From assembly GCA_051294375.1 (NCBI GenBank), contig CM119264.1, positions 27,857,158 to 27,921,157 on the forward strand: a stretch of DNA of 64,000 bases. Direction: 5' to 3'. The number at the start of each line of letters is the position of its first letter. Position 1 is the stretch's first letter. The notes beneath the pieces are model-generated. The model saw only the letters and a list, made by a program, of their open reading frames with translations, searched no databases and was not told the origin of the DNA. This stretch comes from Paraspadella gotoi. Taxonomy: Eukaryota; Animalia; Chaetognatha. Made by a program: the position numbers and the translations under genes. Shown here piece after piece: positions 29,310 through 52,600 of the stretch.

Positions 29310-30098
29310 AAAGAAATTTCTTTTGCTTCTTTTTCTTCTCGCCGAAATCGTTTTCTCCGATCTCTTGGACAAGAAAGAGAAAATGAGTCTTTTCCCGGAA
29401 AGGGCGGTAATGAGCAGTCGACGACGACGACGAGACGACGACGGGGGGATACTACGTCGTTGATGATTGGAACGACGACGACGACGACGATGATGATAAC
29501 TCGACGGTTCTGATAACGAAATCTACGAAGACAACTGGTTTTCTTATGTACCTTATAAAATGAGCGAATGAACGAATCTCTGAATGATGGAATAATTTTC
29601 TTGTGAAAAAAATATTTTCTTTAAATTTTAAGGCGTGAATAAATGTTGGGGGAAAAAAAATGAAATTATGAATTAGTGAAAACATGAAGGAATTAATGAA
29701 TTAAAAAAATGGATCGAATTAATATAAATATAAAAATGAATAACAAATATGTAAAATGTTAACAAATTAATGAAGATCAATATTTTTTAATGGAATAAAC
29801 AATAGATGAAAAAAATTAGTAAAGCAAGTGAACGAATTAAATTAGAATAAAAGAACAAAGACAAATAAACAAAAGAACAATCCCCAATTCTGCCTTCGTT
29901 TTTTTTTTCCTCCGCAGAACAAAACTGTCGTGGATTCTCTTCGATTTCTTCGCCAAAACGAAGAAAACCTCGAATGCCGGTGTTGGTGCCGGTCTGCCGA
30001 CGCAACCGGCAGCATCGTCAACACGGCGGCGCCGACGCTGCCCACTCTGCCGACGCTGCCACCGACCGGCACCACGGGTGAGAGAGGAGAAGAGAGAG

Positions 30099-30153
<55 letters not shown>

Positions 30154-31764
30154 GAGAGACATCTCAACTGTCCACTCCCGACTCCAGGTCTACCCAGCCC
30201 GGATCAATGCTCGGGTCTAAACTCTAATCCTTTCCAAGGCTGCGGTCGACGAGTCTACGGAGAGACGGTGATCAATCGACCCGAGTCGTGGCGGGATGAA
30301 CGCCATGAGGGGTACCTTACCCTGCAGTTGAGTAATTAGATAATTTGAATAACAAATTTTGATAATAGTCATATTTTATTTTATTGGAAAAAGAGAAGAG
30401 GAGATAAGGAGAGACATAAAGAAAGACAGATTGATAAAAAAACACCAGACAGACAAAGAGACTGACAGATAGAAACAAAAAAAGATAAATATTAGTACAG
30501 ACTGGCACACAAACAGGACAGACAGAGAGACAGGCGGTCAAATTGACTTCTTGCCCAAACAAAGGATGACATACTCTACATTGTACAGTCTACAATCTAG
30601 AAAAAGATTCTCGCCTCAGCCGCGACTACAACAAACTGCAACAACAACAACAAAAAAAAACAATAACCAGAAAACAACAGCAGCAGCGTCAGCCGCAGCA
30701 CTTTTCCTGCAGGTCTCAGTCCGGCGCAACGGACGTCACGTCTGCGGCGGCGCCATCGTCGCCGCGTCTCTCGTCATTTCCGCCGCCCACTGCTATCAGC
30801 GCTCCAGGCGGGGTGGACCGTCGTCGCTGGCGACATTTCTCTTAGGTGACGAAAAGTTCCACTATTTTGTTATAAGGCCAAGCTCTATATCGAGGTTTCG
30901 TCAAAGTGAAAAAAAAGTTAAATTTACGTATACTTGGGGTTAAGGCGCGGTGTGGGCACAAGTAATGCTCATAGGATTGAACCAGTCACAACGAACCCAT
31001 TTCAAGTCTTTATATCAACTCGCCATTGGATGTGGTTGACTTTGCTCATTCCAGAAATGTTGCCGAACAACGTCTTAAAAAAATTAATCATTTGATTTTC
31101 TTCCTGCAGATCGCGCGATTGCAGCCAGCAGACGGTCGACGTCGCAAGCATCAACAATCATCGAGGATTTTCGAGTCTCGAAAATGACATCACGATCATC
31201 AAACTGTCGACGCCTTTGAGGTTCAACAACTTCGTTCAACCCGCTTGCTTGCCTCCGCAGAACTATCCCTACACTGGTGGAGAGAGAGAGAGCTTTTGTT
31301 TTCTTGCATGTTTATTTGTTTTCTTAATCTCTTGTTCATATCTTAATCTTTTTCTTTATTTTTACTTTAATTTTTTTTTCTATTTAAATCTATGACTATA
31401 AGGCTATAAGGCGATTAGCTAAAGAGTCCTATCCGCAACTTCTTTAACCCTCTAGCAGCCATAGAACGGGTCCTGGCTTGGAACCAAGCTTGAGGGTTTC
31501 CCACACCCAAAGACGGTTTACGGCCGTCCTCATGCTTCCCACTGGTACGGGTAGGTTCTGGGGATCCGGTACCTAATGGTCATTGTGAGCCACCGGGTCA
31601 CGACTACGGTTATAGCAATGCCCGACTACATTTCTAAATTTCTTTATAAATCCAGGCGGCACTCCCGCGCTGTTGTCCGGTTGGGGCCGGCAATGGGAGG
31701 GCGGCCCGAGTCCAGACAGACTTCAAGTGGCATCAAGTCCGATCATCGACGACGCAACGTGCAA
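29310..31764 (+). pseudogene. Partial second copy (exons 1-6) of the serine protease; probably a haplotig or noisy duplicate rather than a true pseudogene
   Basis: Exons ~29310-29547, 29918-30077, 30188-30327, 30713-30845, 31110-31276 and 31656-31764 are near-identical to the 36-38 kb copy. There are scattered 1-nt indels, the ATG is lost, and no catalytic-Ser exon occurs before the 25-N gap at 35545. Confidence 0.75.
31404..31603 (-). mobile_element. tRNA-derived SINE, same family as 14949 (in protease intron 5, copy 1)
   Basis: Reverse complement begins gtgacccggtggctca...ggtaccgg...gaggacggccg...cttggttccaagccaggacccgttctatg. Confidence 0.7.
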
Positions 31765-32278
31765 GTACGTTACATCCGAATTTTTTAAAGAGGCTCAATT
31801 ACATACGGATTTTTAAGGACGTTTAATTACATCCGGATAAAATCTTTTAATAATAGCGTCAACGGAATGGAATAATTCAAAACAATGATAATTCTAAATA
31901 ATACATAATTACATAGGTTGCTTTAAAAAAGGGTTTTCAGCGATATTGGATTCACGGTTTGAAAAAATATTTTTGACACATTCATCTCGTTACGATTATT
32001 TATCACAAAAACCCGTGACAGCTAGATTTCTGCTTTTGTCTTTTAATTTTTTTTTTTTTTCGATTTTAAAAACGATGTTAACGAGTTTTTTTAAAGTTTT
32101 AAATTTTTCGCGCCTCGTTTTATCTCTACGCTGCTGAAACATCGGATCTTCGAAAGGGCACAACGAGAAACAGGCAACGCGACTCAACCTTTGCTACGTC
32201 TGATCAGGACCTCGAGACCAATTTGAATTCAGCCACGCCTCTCCCCGCCTCGTTTTTTTTTCGAAGGAGTTCTTCGAC

Positions 32279-34800
32279 ATGTCCGTCACGAGGCGAAACT
32301 TCAAACGCGTCTTCCAGTCGTACGTCCGCCCGAGACGTTCCCCGGCGCCATTGACGCCCCGCCCTCGCCAGGCGCCTCTCATTTCCTCGTTCCTCCACCC
32401 GTGAGAGAGAGTTCAAAGGGGCCTCAAATTGCCCGGCGCGCGAGAGTCTGTTCAGTCGGACAGAAAAGCGTCGCTCCTCGGGCACGATCGGATTGTGAGT
32501 ACTGAAATGTGCGGACGGGAGAGGAAGTGAGTACGTAGAATCATTATTAAGGATATTAAGAGAGAAGCATCCTCTGTTATGGATTTGGGTATTTAATGTT
32601 TAAATATACTTTTCTCTTAGAAAAAAAAATATCGTTCGATCGAAATCGCAAAATAAGCTGGCAAGGAAGAATCGAATAGTAGGAGACATTATCAACTGAA
32701 TATGTGCTTATATATTAGCTTATATATATATATGCTTATATGAAATTGGTACAACCAATATAAAAATTATCCATTCATTTAATAAATAAGCTATCTTGCC
32801 TCTGACTTTGGACAGGCTTTGGTGGTTTAAGGCCTCCAATGACATAGCAGGTCCCTGAAAGCTTTTAATCAAGACTCTCTCAGTCTTTTTATTTCACTCC
32901 CAAAGTACCTGGCTTCCCTATCAAACCTATTAGCTGATTGAATGTTTAAATTCTACATTAATTTTTGAAGGAAATCTGAATCTGGAATTTCGATTCAAGT
33001 TAGCGCCGATAACAGGTGTCTCGTTATTCGAAAAATAATTCATAATTTGAATATGAAGCCAAGTTTAAATTTTGATTTATCAATTATTATTAAATTATTG
33101 ATATTCCTTTTCAGAAATAAAAAGGAAGCAAACAGAGTCTGAGAAGCAAAAAGTCCGGAAATTCTTTGAAACGGCGGATTACTATGACAAATCAAATCAA
33201 AAGGTCGATCCTCTTTTTTTTTTATATATAGTTTTACCTCGAAATTTGCATATAATTTCATGAAGATTTTAATTGATATTTTTATTCCCTTCGATGATCG
33301 ATAGCAGAAAAAGTCTCGAGGCTGCAAATGTCGATGTCGATGTCGATGCGAAATCAAATCGTGGACATTTCAGGAAGCGTTGGAATACTTACTCGCTATG
33401 TCTTTGGTTCTCCGCATTTTATTTTTAACCTATTTTATTTTCAATACAAAATTCTTTTCAAGTTGTCTTTTTTAGTTACATTTATGAAATTGGTACAACC
33501 AATAAAAAAATAATTCATTTAATAAATAAGCTATCTTGCCCCTGACTTTGGATTTGTCTTTATGTGTTTAAGTCCTCCATCTTCTTACAAGATAATGACA
33601 TAGCAGGTCCCTGCAATCCTTCAATCAAGACTCACTCGGCTTCCCTATCAATGAAGTGGTATAATGTTTCAAAGAACGTTTTAATTGTATATAAAGATCT
33701 GGGAATACTATATTGTACTCCGCCCGGCATCGAAATACAAGAAGCTGAATTTTATGAAATTGGTACAACAATATAAAAATTTCCATTCATTTAATAAATA
33801 AGCTATATTTCTTTAAAGTTATTCTACTTCAAAATGGGAAAAAAAATTATCAATATTTATTGACTTCTTCCATTTAATAATTTTTTTTTGGAAACTTATG
33901 AGTTTAAGTCAAAATTTTTGGACATTATCAATCATGATCAGTTCATTTATATTCTATCATCATTTTATGAAATTTGTACAACCAATATAAAAATTATCCA
34001 TTCATTTAAATAAATAAGCTACCTTGCCCTGACTTTGGACAGGCTTTGGTGGTTTAATAATGACATATCAGGTCTGTCATCATTTCATCATCATCTCATT
34101 CTTAAGGGGGGTTCGCGGCGGCCAAGATTCTTCTCGGAATGTCCAAAGATGCGGAGCACTTCCAACAGCTCAAGCAACTTTGTAGAGAGAACTTAATATC
34201 CAGTTAATGATCGGAGTGACCCGAAAAACGACTGCAGTTGCAATCACATCAGCTCGAGGTAGGGCTCGAGGAATTATCGTGTAATTTCTTGCTTGACCAA
34301 GCATTGTATTGTTATTTCATAGATGTTCACTTTGTTTAGCCTTTTAGATATTATGACTTTTTTCGTTAATGATTTTCTAACAGGAATGATGTGCGATATT
34401 TATATAAAAGACGAGGGCTGGAGGGTAATCTAACCAATTTTGTGTAGATGAGCACACTATTTTCTGAGGATAGCTAACAATTCTATCCCAATAATCAATA
34501 AATAATATTTAATTTAAATAACGAAAGTTTCCATAGTATTTTAGAAATAGAAATTAAAAAAATTAAATAAATAAATCGTTAAACATTAATTATTAATCAA
34601 TTATTTAATATATTGAAATACAAAAGACTTGAGATAGTGTAACAAGTAAATTTTTTTCAATTTTCATAGATTAATTATTTTAAACAATAATTTCATTTTG
34701 CTCAGGCGCAGAAACGAATTGGAAACTCTTTACAGAGCCTCCTACCTGAACAACTTCTCCGTAAATTTGGGAGAGCTCGCCATCTTTAATTACGTCGAGG
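32279..34800 (+). pseudogene. Duplicate of exons 1-2 of the nested two-TM gene (32279-32494, 34706-34800)
   Basis: Same sequence and same position relative to protease exon 6 as in the downstream copy. Exon 2 is intact here; exon 1 has 1-nt indels. Confidence 0.65.
32739..34070 (+). repeat. Cluster of a dispersed ~270-bp repeat family (tatgaaattggtacaaccaatataaaaattatccattcatttaat...)
   Basis: Unit heads at ~32739, 33483, 33753 and 33967. Further copies at ~19756, 24822, 39599, 40345, 40614, 40826 and 48482, with inverted fragments at ~42690-42800 and ~55600-55690. Confidence 0.8.
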
Positions 34801-34974
34801 GTAAGTTTGAATCGATCGAGTCTTCGTTGTCGTTTTCATCGTCGTCGTCGTCGTCGTCGCTTCATCTTTGTCATCGTTGTCGCTTGTGTCATTTCATTGG
34901 TATTACATTTTCATCGTTCTTGTTCGTCGTTGACGGCAGTGGCTTCAACATTTTACTGTCATACCTCAATTTTG

Positions 34975-35120
34975 CTGTATGAGAGCATGCCCAGACGAAT
35001 GCAGGCAGTAGTCGATGCCGATGAAGGGCATACCAATTATTGAGAATGTTTTACCCATGTTGTGTATACTTTTTATGGAATAAATAAATTATGTTATATA
35101 CTTTTTTCCTAGATAGTACA
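34975..35120 (+). mobile_element. Tc1/mariner 3' fragment (transposase C-terminus plus probable right end)
   Basis: Encodes LYESMPRRMQAVVDADEGHTNY*, matching the typical Tc1 C-terminal motif L..SMP.R..AV....G..T.Y*, followed by AATAAA and a tacttttttcctagatagta terminus. Confidence 0.75.
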
Positions 35121-35121
35121 A

Positions 35122-35544
35122 TTGTTTGAGCACTGTCTCTTGTTAGAAATTGGGCATTATCTTTTTTCAATGACTTGCAATTTTGGTTATAAGAAATCTC
35201 ATACTTCTCATGCAATGTTCCACTCTACGAACCTGCATAGATATTTTCATGTTCATGGTTCGGGTTTTACTAGTACATTATGGATTGTAGCAAGGTTTGA
35301 CAAAGTGAATCATTATGTCTTTTACTAAGCTTATAATCGTGGATGCATTATGTTTCTTAAAAATCTTGGTATACTGGTTAGCAACTTAAAAGTAATGTAG
35401 ATGGAAAAGTACCATTAGTGATCATTTGTAGTGTCTTCTGGCGTACGCCAAGGAGGAGTCCTCAGTCCTTACTTATGGGCAGTATATGTCAACGATTTAT
35501 TTTGGACTAAAAAATCAGTTATGGTTGTTACATAGGACATATTT
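35122..35544 (+). mobile_element. Degenerate non-LTR retrotransposon reverse transcriptase fragment
   Basis: Frameshifted motifs LFEHCLL...(Q)FGYKK, DCSK.FDKVNH and SGVRQGGVLSPYLWAVYVNDL...YGCYIG are typical of LINE RT domains. Truncated by the gap before the YADD-type motif. Confidence 0.82.
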
Positions 35545-35758
35545 NNNNNNNNNNNNNNNNNNNNNNNNNTTTATGCAAATTTTTCGACTTTTAATTTCAC
35601 CCCGAAAATTACAGCGTGAAAAAGAATAAGAAATAATCAATTCTCAAAGTCTGTCTCTCTCTCTCTCTTTCTTTCTTTTCTTTTTTTCTTTCTTTCTTTC
35701 TTTCTTTCTTCTCTTCTCTCTCTCTCTCTCTTCTTCTTTCTTCTTTCTTTCTTTCTTT

Positions 35759-35799
<41 letters not shown>

Positions 35800-36008
35800 T
35801 TTCTTTTCTTCTTTCTTTCTTTCTTTCTTCTCTCTCTCTCTCTCTCTCTCTCACAACACTCATTCTCTTCTCCTTCCCCTCAGACGCCTTTCCACGTTTA
35901 ACAGCAAAAAAATATCCTGTTTAAACAAAATAACGACTCAGGAAAAAAAAAACTAATAACGTAGCTCGAGAAAAAAAAAAGGAAAAAAAAATAAGGAAAA
36001 AAGAGAAA

Positions 36009-45314
<9,306 letters not shown>

Positions 45315-45321
<7 letters not shown>

Positions 45322-45690
45322 TGGAGTGGGGTAATGGAGTGGGATGATAAGACCGGGGTGATGGAGTGGGGTAATTGAGCGGGTGATGGAGTGGGATGAT
45401 GGAGCGGGATGATGGAGTATGGGTTATGGAGTGAGATGATGGAGCGAGGTGATAGAGGGGGTGACGGAGTGTGGTGATGGAGCGGCGTGATGGAGTGAGG
45501 TGATGGAGCGGTGGTGATGGAGTGGGATGATGGAGTGGGTTGATGAAGAGGTGATGGATTGGGGTGATGGAGGGAGGTGATGGAGCGGTGGTGAAGGAGT
45601 GGGGTGTTGAAGTGGGGTGATGGAGCGGGGTGATGAAGAGGATGATGGAGTGGGGTGATGGAGCGGAGTGATGGAGTGGGGTGATCAAGG
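45315..45690. repeat. ~13-bp minisatellite (gtgatggagtggg)n starting at the protease stop codon
   Basis: More than 20 imperfect tandem copies. Confidence 0.9.
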
Positions 45691-46095
45691 AAGGTGATAG
45701 AGTTAAATTATTAATGGGATTAATTAGGAAGAAATTTGAAGTCTAAATTTCAGAGGAAAATGATTTTATAAGTTTTTTTTATGTATGTACAACACTTCAT
45801 AATATTCTGCAGACATTGTGTTAGTATTTAAATTAAATTTGGTTAAAATAGATGAATATCGTTGTATTATACAATTTTTGCCTCACAAGACACAAAAAAT
45901 GATGTTGTGAAAAAGATGTATTTTGGACCAATCACAATTCACGACGTGAAACGAAGTGAAACTCACGCTTCTCATTTTCACTCTCCTTCTCGGTGTTCCT
46001 TCATGTGAATTTAAACAACGACCTCGGAGAATTATGAATAACTATCCATCGACTATTCTTCGACCTTTGACCGGTAATAAAGTATGTTTTAAATT

Positions 46096-46169
<74 letters not shown>

Positions 46170-46399
46170 TTTTTCATTTTCCATCCGGCTACAAGGTGAT
46201 GATGGAAAATTTAAAAAATGCAATTTTTCGAATCTGAATTTCAATACACGTTTTCTCATTCTCGATTCCTTTTTTTGGCTCTCTTTTCCAAAAGCGCCCT
46301 ATTCCTGTTACTAAATGCCTGGATTTAATTTTAGCCTTTTATTATGCCCTAATTTATTTTTCAACCTATAGTATAATNNNNNNNNNNTATTTTTCAACC

Positions 46400-46660
46400 T
46401 ATTTATAATCCCTAACCTTAATCCTTAACCTTAACCATTAACCTTAATTTCTAAACTTTAAATCTAATTCTAAACTAACCGAAACTCAAACCCTAATTAT
46501 CCAAACCCTAAACCCCCTAATCCCTCAACCATAATCTTTAACCCTAATCCCTAAACCTAATCCCTGATCTAATCCCAAAAACTAACCCTTATCCTAACCC
46601 TCTAAGGCTCTAACCAAATCCTAACCTTAACCTCTCACCGAATCTTTAAACTTAAAAAAC
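46400..46660. repeat. Degenerate (TAACCC/TAACCT)n tract
   Basis: Repeated ccctaa / cttaac / aaccct hexamers. Confidence 0.65.
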
Positions 46661-48111
46661 TAATTCAATTCCGAGTTTAAGATGAAATGAGTCGCCTTAG
46701 GAAAATAGATCTTCTTTCTCCTTCCTCCTTTTTTCCTCACCCCTCTCTCACTCTCCTTACCCTTTGGCGCCGGCGCCCGTGGCAATTTCGAGCTTGAATT
46801 AAATTCTAACTCGTCCGAAGCTTAGGCGATGTGATTGCTTGGGTAATGTGATTGCTTTGGCGTTGAAGCTGCTTGGGTGACGCGATTATTGCCGCGGTGA
46901 TGTCTATGCTACTTTTGAGAGATAAATTTTTCTTTTCAAGATTCAATTAACTGTAAAGCATGTTAGATATATATGTTATATGTAGATAATTTAAAGATCG
47001 TGGTCTTAATATGTTGACAAAAAGCACTACATCATAAACGATAGACTGAAAAGTGTAAAGGTCATGAAACAACCTTGTTTTGCCTTGCGATCGAATTGAC
47101 CTCCAGTCGCCCGAAGAGCTTTTCTGAGAAAAGGAGACACGGGCGACTCTCTCGCCGCTTTGCCACCTGCCGTGTTCCCCTCCTCGTTTTTAACGTCTAA
47201 TATATGTAAAACTTAAGGGTAATTCACTGCGTTACTTTCCCTGTAATGAAGGGACTCTAATGATGAAAAGTACGGGAGGGAAGGATAAAAAAAAAGCATT
47301 GGTTGAGAGTCNNNNNNNNNNNNNNNNNNNNNNNNNNNNNNNNNNNNNNNNNNNNNNNNNNNNNNNNNNNNNNNNNNNNNNNNNNNNNNNNNNNNNNNNN
47401 NNNNNNNNNNNNNNNNNNNNNNNNNNNNNNNNNNNNNNNNNNNNNNNNNNNNNNNNNNNNNNNNNNNNNNNNNNNNNNNNNNNNNNNNNNNNNNNNNNNN
47501 NNNNNNNNNNNNNNNNNNNNNNNNNNNNNNNNNNNNNNNNNNNNNNNNNNNNNNNNNNNNNNNNNNNNNNNNNNNNNNNNNNNNNNNNNNNNNNNNNNNN
47601 NNNNNNNNNNNNNNNNNNNNNNNNNNNNNNNNNNNNNNNNNNNNNNNNNNNNNNNNNNNNNNNNNNNNNNNNNNNNNNNNNNNNNNNNNNNNNNNNNNNN
47701 NNNNNNNNNNNNNNNNNNNNNNNNNNNNNNNNNNNNNNNNNNNNNNNNNNNNNNNNNNNNNNNNNNNNNNNNNNNNNNNNNNNNNNNNNNNNNNNNNNNN
47801 NNNNNNNNNNNNNNNNNNNNNNNNNNNNNNNNNNNNNNNNNNNNNNNNNNNNNNNNNNNNNNNNNNNNNNNNNNNNNNNNNNNNNNNNNNNNNNNNNNNN
47901 NNNNNNNNNNNNNNNNNNNNNNNNNNNNNNNNNNNNNNNNNNNNNNNNNNNNNNNNNNNNNNNNNNNNNNNNNNNNNNNNNNNNNNNNNNNNNNNNNNNN
48001 NNNNNNNNNNNNNNNNNNNNNNNNNNNNNNNTGCGACGTCACGGACGCGTTTAAACAGCGCTTCCCTTTCGATCGAAATCGAAGAAGGAAATTCCGGTTG
48101 CGTTCTGATCT

Positions 48112-48362
48112 TATCCCTCGTCCTGGCACAGTGGCTCTCTCTAATCTCTCGTCCTGGCACAGTGGCTCTCTTTCATCTCTCGTCCTTGTACAGTGGCTCT
48201 CTTTCATCTCTCGTCCTGGCACAGTGACTCTCTCTCATCTCTCGTCCTGGCACAGTGGCTCTCTCTCATCTCTCTTCCTGGCACAGTGGCTCTCTCTCAT
48301 CTCTCGTCCTGGCACAGTGGCTCTCTCTCATCTCTTTTCCTGGTACAGTGGCTCTCACTCTT
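48112..48362. repeat. ~31-bp minisatellite (ctcgtcctggcacagtggctctctctcatct) x8
   Basis: Seen directly. Confidence 0.92.
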
Positions 48363-49522
48363 CCCTCGCACAGTTTTCTTTTCTTCCCGTAGATGCACAT
48401 TGAACAGTTGTCTTGACTTTTTGCTCCCCAATAATGAAAACTAATAATATTTAAAGTGACATCTCAGATCTCAGCCTTCTCTATGAAATTGGTACAAACC
48501 ATATAAAATTGACCATTCATTCGATAAATAAGGTATCTTTTTCCTGATTTAAGACAGGCTTTAGTACTATAAGTTATAAGTATATAAGTATAAGTATAAG
48601 TATAAGACCTTCATCAGTCTCACAAGATAATTACATAGCAGGTTCCTGCTTTCAATCAAGACTCTCTCAGTCTCGTTTATTCCCTCCCAGAGTACCTGCT
48701 TTCCTTATCAATGAACTGGTATAATATTTCAAATAATAATTCAATTGTATAAAAGGACAATTGCCTTAAGTATTAGATCCGGGAATATATATATATTTTA
48801 CTCCACACTTGCATCAGAATACAAGCCGCAAAATTTTTTTGAACTTTGTATATACATTGGCTGTACATTGTTTGGCTGTACAATGTACAATTGTACAGCC
48901 AATATAAAATTACCCATTTATTCAATACTAAATAAGCCATCTTACCCCGATGTTTTTCTCCCCTCTACTTTCCTTATTCGGCATAGAAATTCTCTCTTCT
49001 TTCATTATTTCCCCACCTCTGCCTTCTGACACGGAACATGACTCTCTCCCCCTCAACCATCCCTCTTTCCCTTTCCCTTTCCCTTTCCCTTTCCCTTTCC
49101 CTTTCCCTTTCCCTTTCCCTTTCCCATCCCTCTTTCCCTCTTTCTCTTTTTTCACTTTTCAACCGCGAAATTTGATATTCCATCTTCAGCTTTGTTACGT
49201 TTCCATGTTAATCAACGATGAGGATTACCTTGAACGAATAATATCAGATATAGATTATCATTTTTAACTTTTTTTTTATTTATATCTATTTCTATGCATT
49301 CTTTTCCTTTTTTTTCACTTTCTCTCTTTCCTTTTTTTCTTGCTTTCTTTTTTATTACCTGTTTATTCTCTTCCCGCTGCCGACTAAAGAATAATGTGGC
49401 ACAGATGTTAACAAAATAAAATATTCACCTTCCTCAATTTTTAACCGAAATTTTTTTTTTAAATTGGCTTAGATTTCCATTTTGGTTTCCTCCTCTCCTT
49501 TTGTGTCTCCATTTTGTTATCA

Positions 49523-49641
<119 letters not shown>

Positions 49642-52600
49642 ATCTCCCACGACGACAAAGTTTTCGTTTTTTAATCTAACCACAAAAAAAGTCCCCATTT
49701 TTTCGAGGGAAAAAACTTCTCGGCGAATTTTTTCGCCAAATTTCTCGGTAAAATCTCCGGTATTGAACCGGCAGAGTCGGTGGAGTGGGCATAGTCGGCA
49801 AAGTCGGCAGGCTCGTTAGGGTCCAATGCTTACAGATGTTTCGTGGCAGGATATCTGGCGCCAATAGCTCGTCTCATGACTTTTCTATGGGCGTGGGGTT
49901 CAATAGTCTGTTTAGTGCAACGTTCCGTGCTATCTCGGATTGGCCAGGGTTTGGAATATCGGCAGGTTGCGCATCGCACAGGGTTTCCGGAAAAGTTCAT
50001 GGCAGCGTTCTTTGGAGTCAGTCTAGTCGGTCATGTTTTCCGTCCGTATCACGAGTCGGCGCTTATCCCCCTACCTTTTTATCCTTTCTCTTCAATGATG
50101 CTATTCTTATACTCGTGGCAAACATGTCTTGTTGTTTGGTGGCTTGGAAAAGTTCATAACCTGATGGATCAGCCAGTCCCTGTCGAGGTTCTTGTTGAGA
50201 GATAGACAGAGAGAGAGAGCAGAAGAGAGAAGAGAGCATGAGTAGAGCAGAGAGAGAGGTAGATAGCAGAGAGGAGAGAGAATGCGAGAGAGAGGATCAG
50301 AGAGAGAAGCAGAGAGATGCAGAGGCTAATGCCATTCAATAGAGAAATTGTGGATAATTAGAGATCATCCTCCTCCAGCGCGTTTTATAAATATGCTTAT
50401 AATAGTTCCATCGGTATGCATTTATCCTCCATCACTTATACAGGCCTCCGCGGTGTCCAGGGAAGCCACCAAAAATGATAACCACCGTATTTTAAAACTT
50501 TAATTCTCTCAAAAAATTTCCTTTTTTTCCCATCTATCACTCTTCGAATCGATTTTTCCCAACTGGCAACTTTTTGAATTTATGTTCATGGCTGCTTGCA
50601 CTGAAGCTTTTAAATATTTATTAATATAAACATGAAAAAATTTTTTAAACTAAAACTACGGTTTTTAAGATCGGGACTTCCTATAGAGCTTGAAAAAAGT
50701 TAAATGAAAAGTTAGCTGAAACCTCCACAATTTTTAAAATTTGACAAAAAGGCTTAATAACACAGAAACAACCAATTAAAAAATCATACCTCATACATCA
50801 TCATCATTGGCTGTAATTTTTATAGTTTTTTAAAAAAAATTTTTATCAAACCTCAAAATTCTAAAATTTGTATTCAATTTTTAAGCTCTATCAGAATCCA
50901 TACTAAAAAAAAGAAAATTCCAAAGAAAAAAATTTTTAACCGTTTTATATACCGTAATAAATAATTTCTTTAATTGCCTTCCGTGCGCTTTATTAATAAG
51001 TAATTTTTTAAAAAATTATTCTTCTTAATATTTTCAATAATTCTCTAACAGTCACTTCTATCATATTTCTATTTGAGCAGAACTCTAGTTTTCACTGTTT
51101 TCCGGTCGTCCTAGATTACATACATATACATATATATATGTGTATACTTCGATCTTTTAATAATTCACAGATTTAATAAAAAATGAAATCGAGTACTTCA
51201 ATCATTTCCTTCGTCGGACTAACTTCGATTTTAAAATACTAAGATGTTCTTATTATCTGTTAGATTAAATTCTTATTTTTAAGGCAACATGTGTAATATT
51301 GGATTTTATTTGTGAGAATTATTTCTATTACTTTNNNNNNNNNNNNNNNNNNNNNNNNNNNNNNNNNNNNNNNNNNNNNNNNNNNNNNNNNNNNNNNNNN
51401 NNNNNNNNNNNNNNNNNNNNNNNNNNNNNNNNNNNNNNNNNNNNNNNNNNNNNNNNNNNNNNNNNNNNNNNNNNNNNNNNNNNNNNNNNNNNNNNNNNNN
51501 NNNNNNNNNNNNNNNNNNNNNNNNNNNNNNNNNNNNNNNNNNNNNNNNNNNNNNNNNNNNNNNNNNNNNNNNNNNNNNGTGTTTTTCCTCTATTGACGTA
51601 GCGCCTCTTTAGCGCTCGTTAGTTGTTGACGCGGAAGTTGATGAGCGCGANNNNNNNNNNAGACGATGACGACGACGACGACGATTTGAACGAGGATAAC
51701 GATTATAAAAATGAACATAAAGATGACGGCGGACGGGCGGCCCAGATTTCTGACATATGATTCCTGGCGATGATAAAACCAAAAGGTGAAAATTGATGTG
51801 ACAGAAGAAGCGACGGTTCAAGTTTTTTAGAGGAGAGCTCAATGACAATGATAACGACGTTGAAGATGATACAGACGATGATACTGACGGATGATAGTGA
51901 CAAAAAAAAACGATCTTAATGAGAAAAAAGCTAAAATGAAAACGAAGGATGTCAAACTTGAAGGACGACGATTCACGCGGGAAGAAACAATAACAACAAC
52001 AACAACAACAACAAGCTTCTTTCTAAATTTTTTTTTTCTTTTCGAATTTTTTTTTTTTTTTGACGAAGATAATTCAATGACTCGTTTTCGATTTTTTTTC
52101 CTTTTTGCAAATTAAGAATTCGTTTATTCAGTGAGAAAATGTTGGCTGTGAAATTCTTAACTTTTTTTTTTGTTTAAGTTTAATGAGCCGTTCCATCGTC
52201 ATTCATTGCTTTTGTCCATGTTTAGTGATTGAAAAGAAACTAAAAACAAACATTTTGAGATTAAATTAATTTAATTAATTTGCCTAATTAATTAATTTAA
52301 CTGAATTATATAATTATCGAGGTAATTAAGTATAATTAATTAATTTAATGATTAATCAATTTTTAATTAACGATGCAAAAAAGGCGCACGTGACGACGAC
52401 TACGACGTCACCAAAGCAGCCGGCTTCACTTTATTCTCCAAGGACGGGCTTTCTGCCCCGTTCATGCGAAATAATAAAAATTAGTTGAAAAATCAAAACT
52501 TAGCCAACTCTAAGATTTGGATTAAATGATTAATATATATATATAATATATATAGTATATAATAATACTACTTGCTACCAATATATATATATCAATCGCC

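Noticed and set aside
46400-46660. True telomere
   Set aside because: Internal, short and highly degenerate.
48112-48362. 31-bp repeats as a CRISPR array
   Set aside because: Units are contiguous with no unique spacers, the context is eukaryotic, and there are no cas genes.
47213-48403. ORFs of 264-366 aa
   Set aside because: Open only because they cross a long N gap and a 31-bp minisatellite.
49785-50480. Overlapping 120-124 aa ORFs or a possible retroelement scrap
   Set aside because: No convincing motif or splice structure; noisy sequence.
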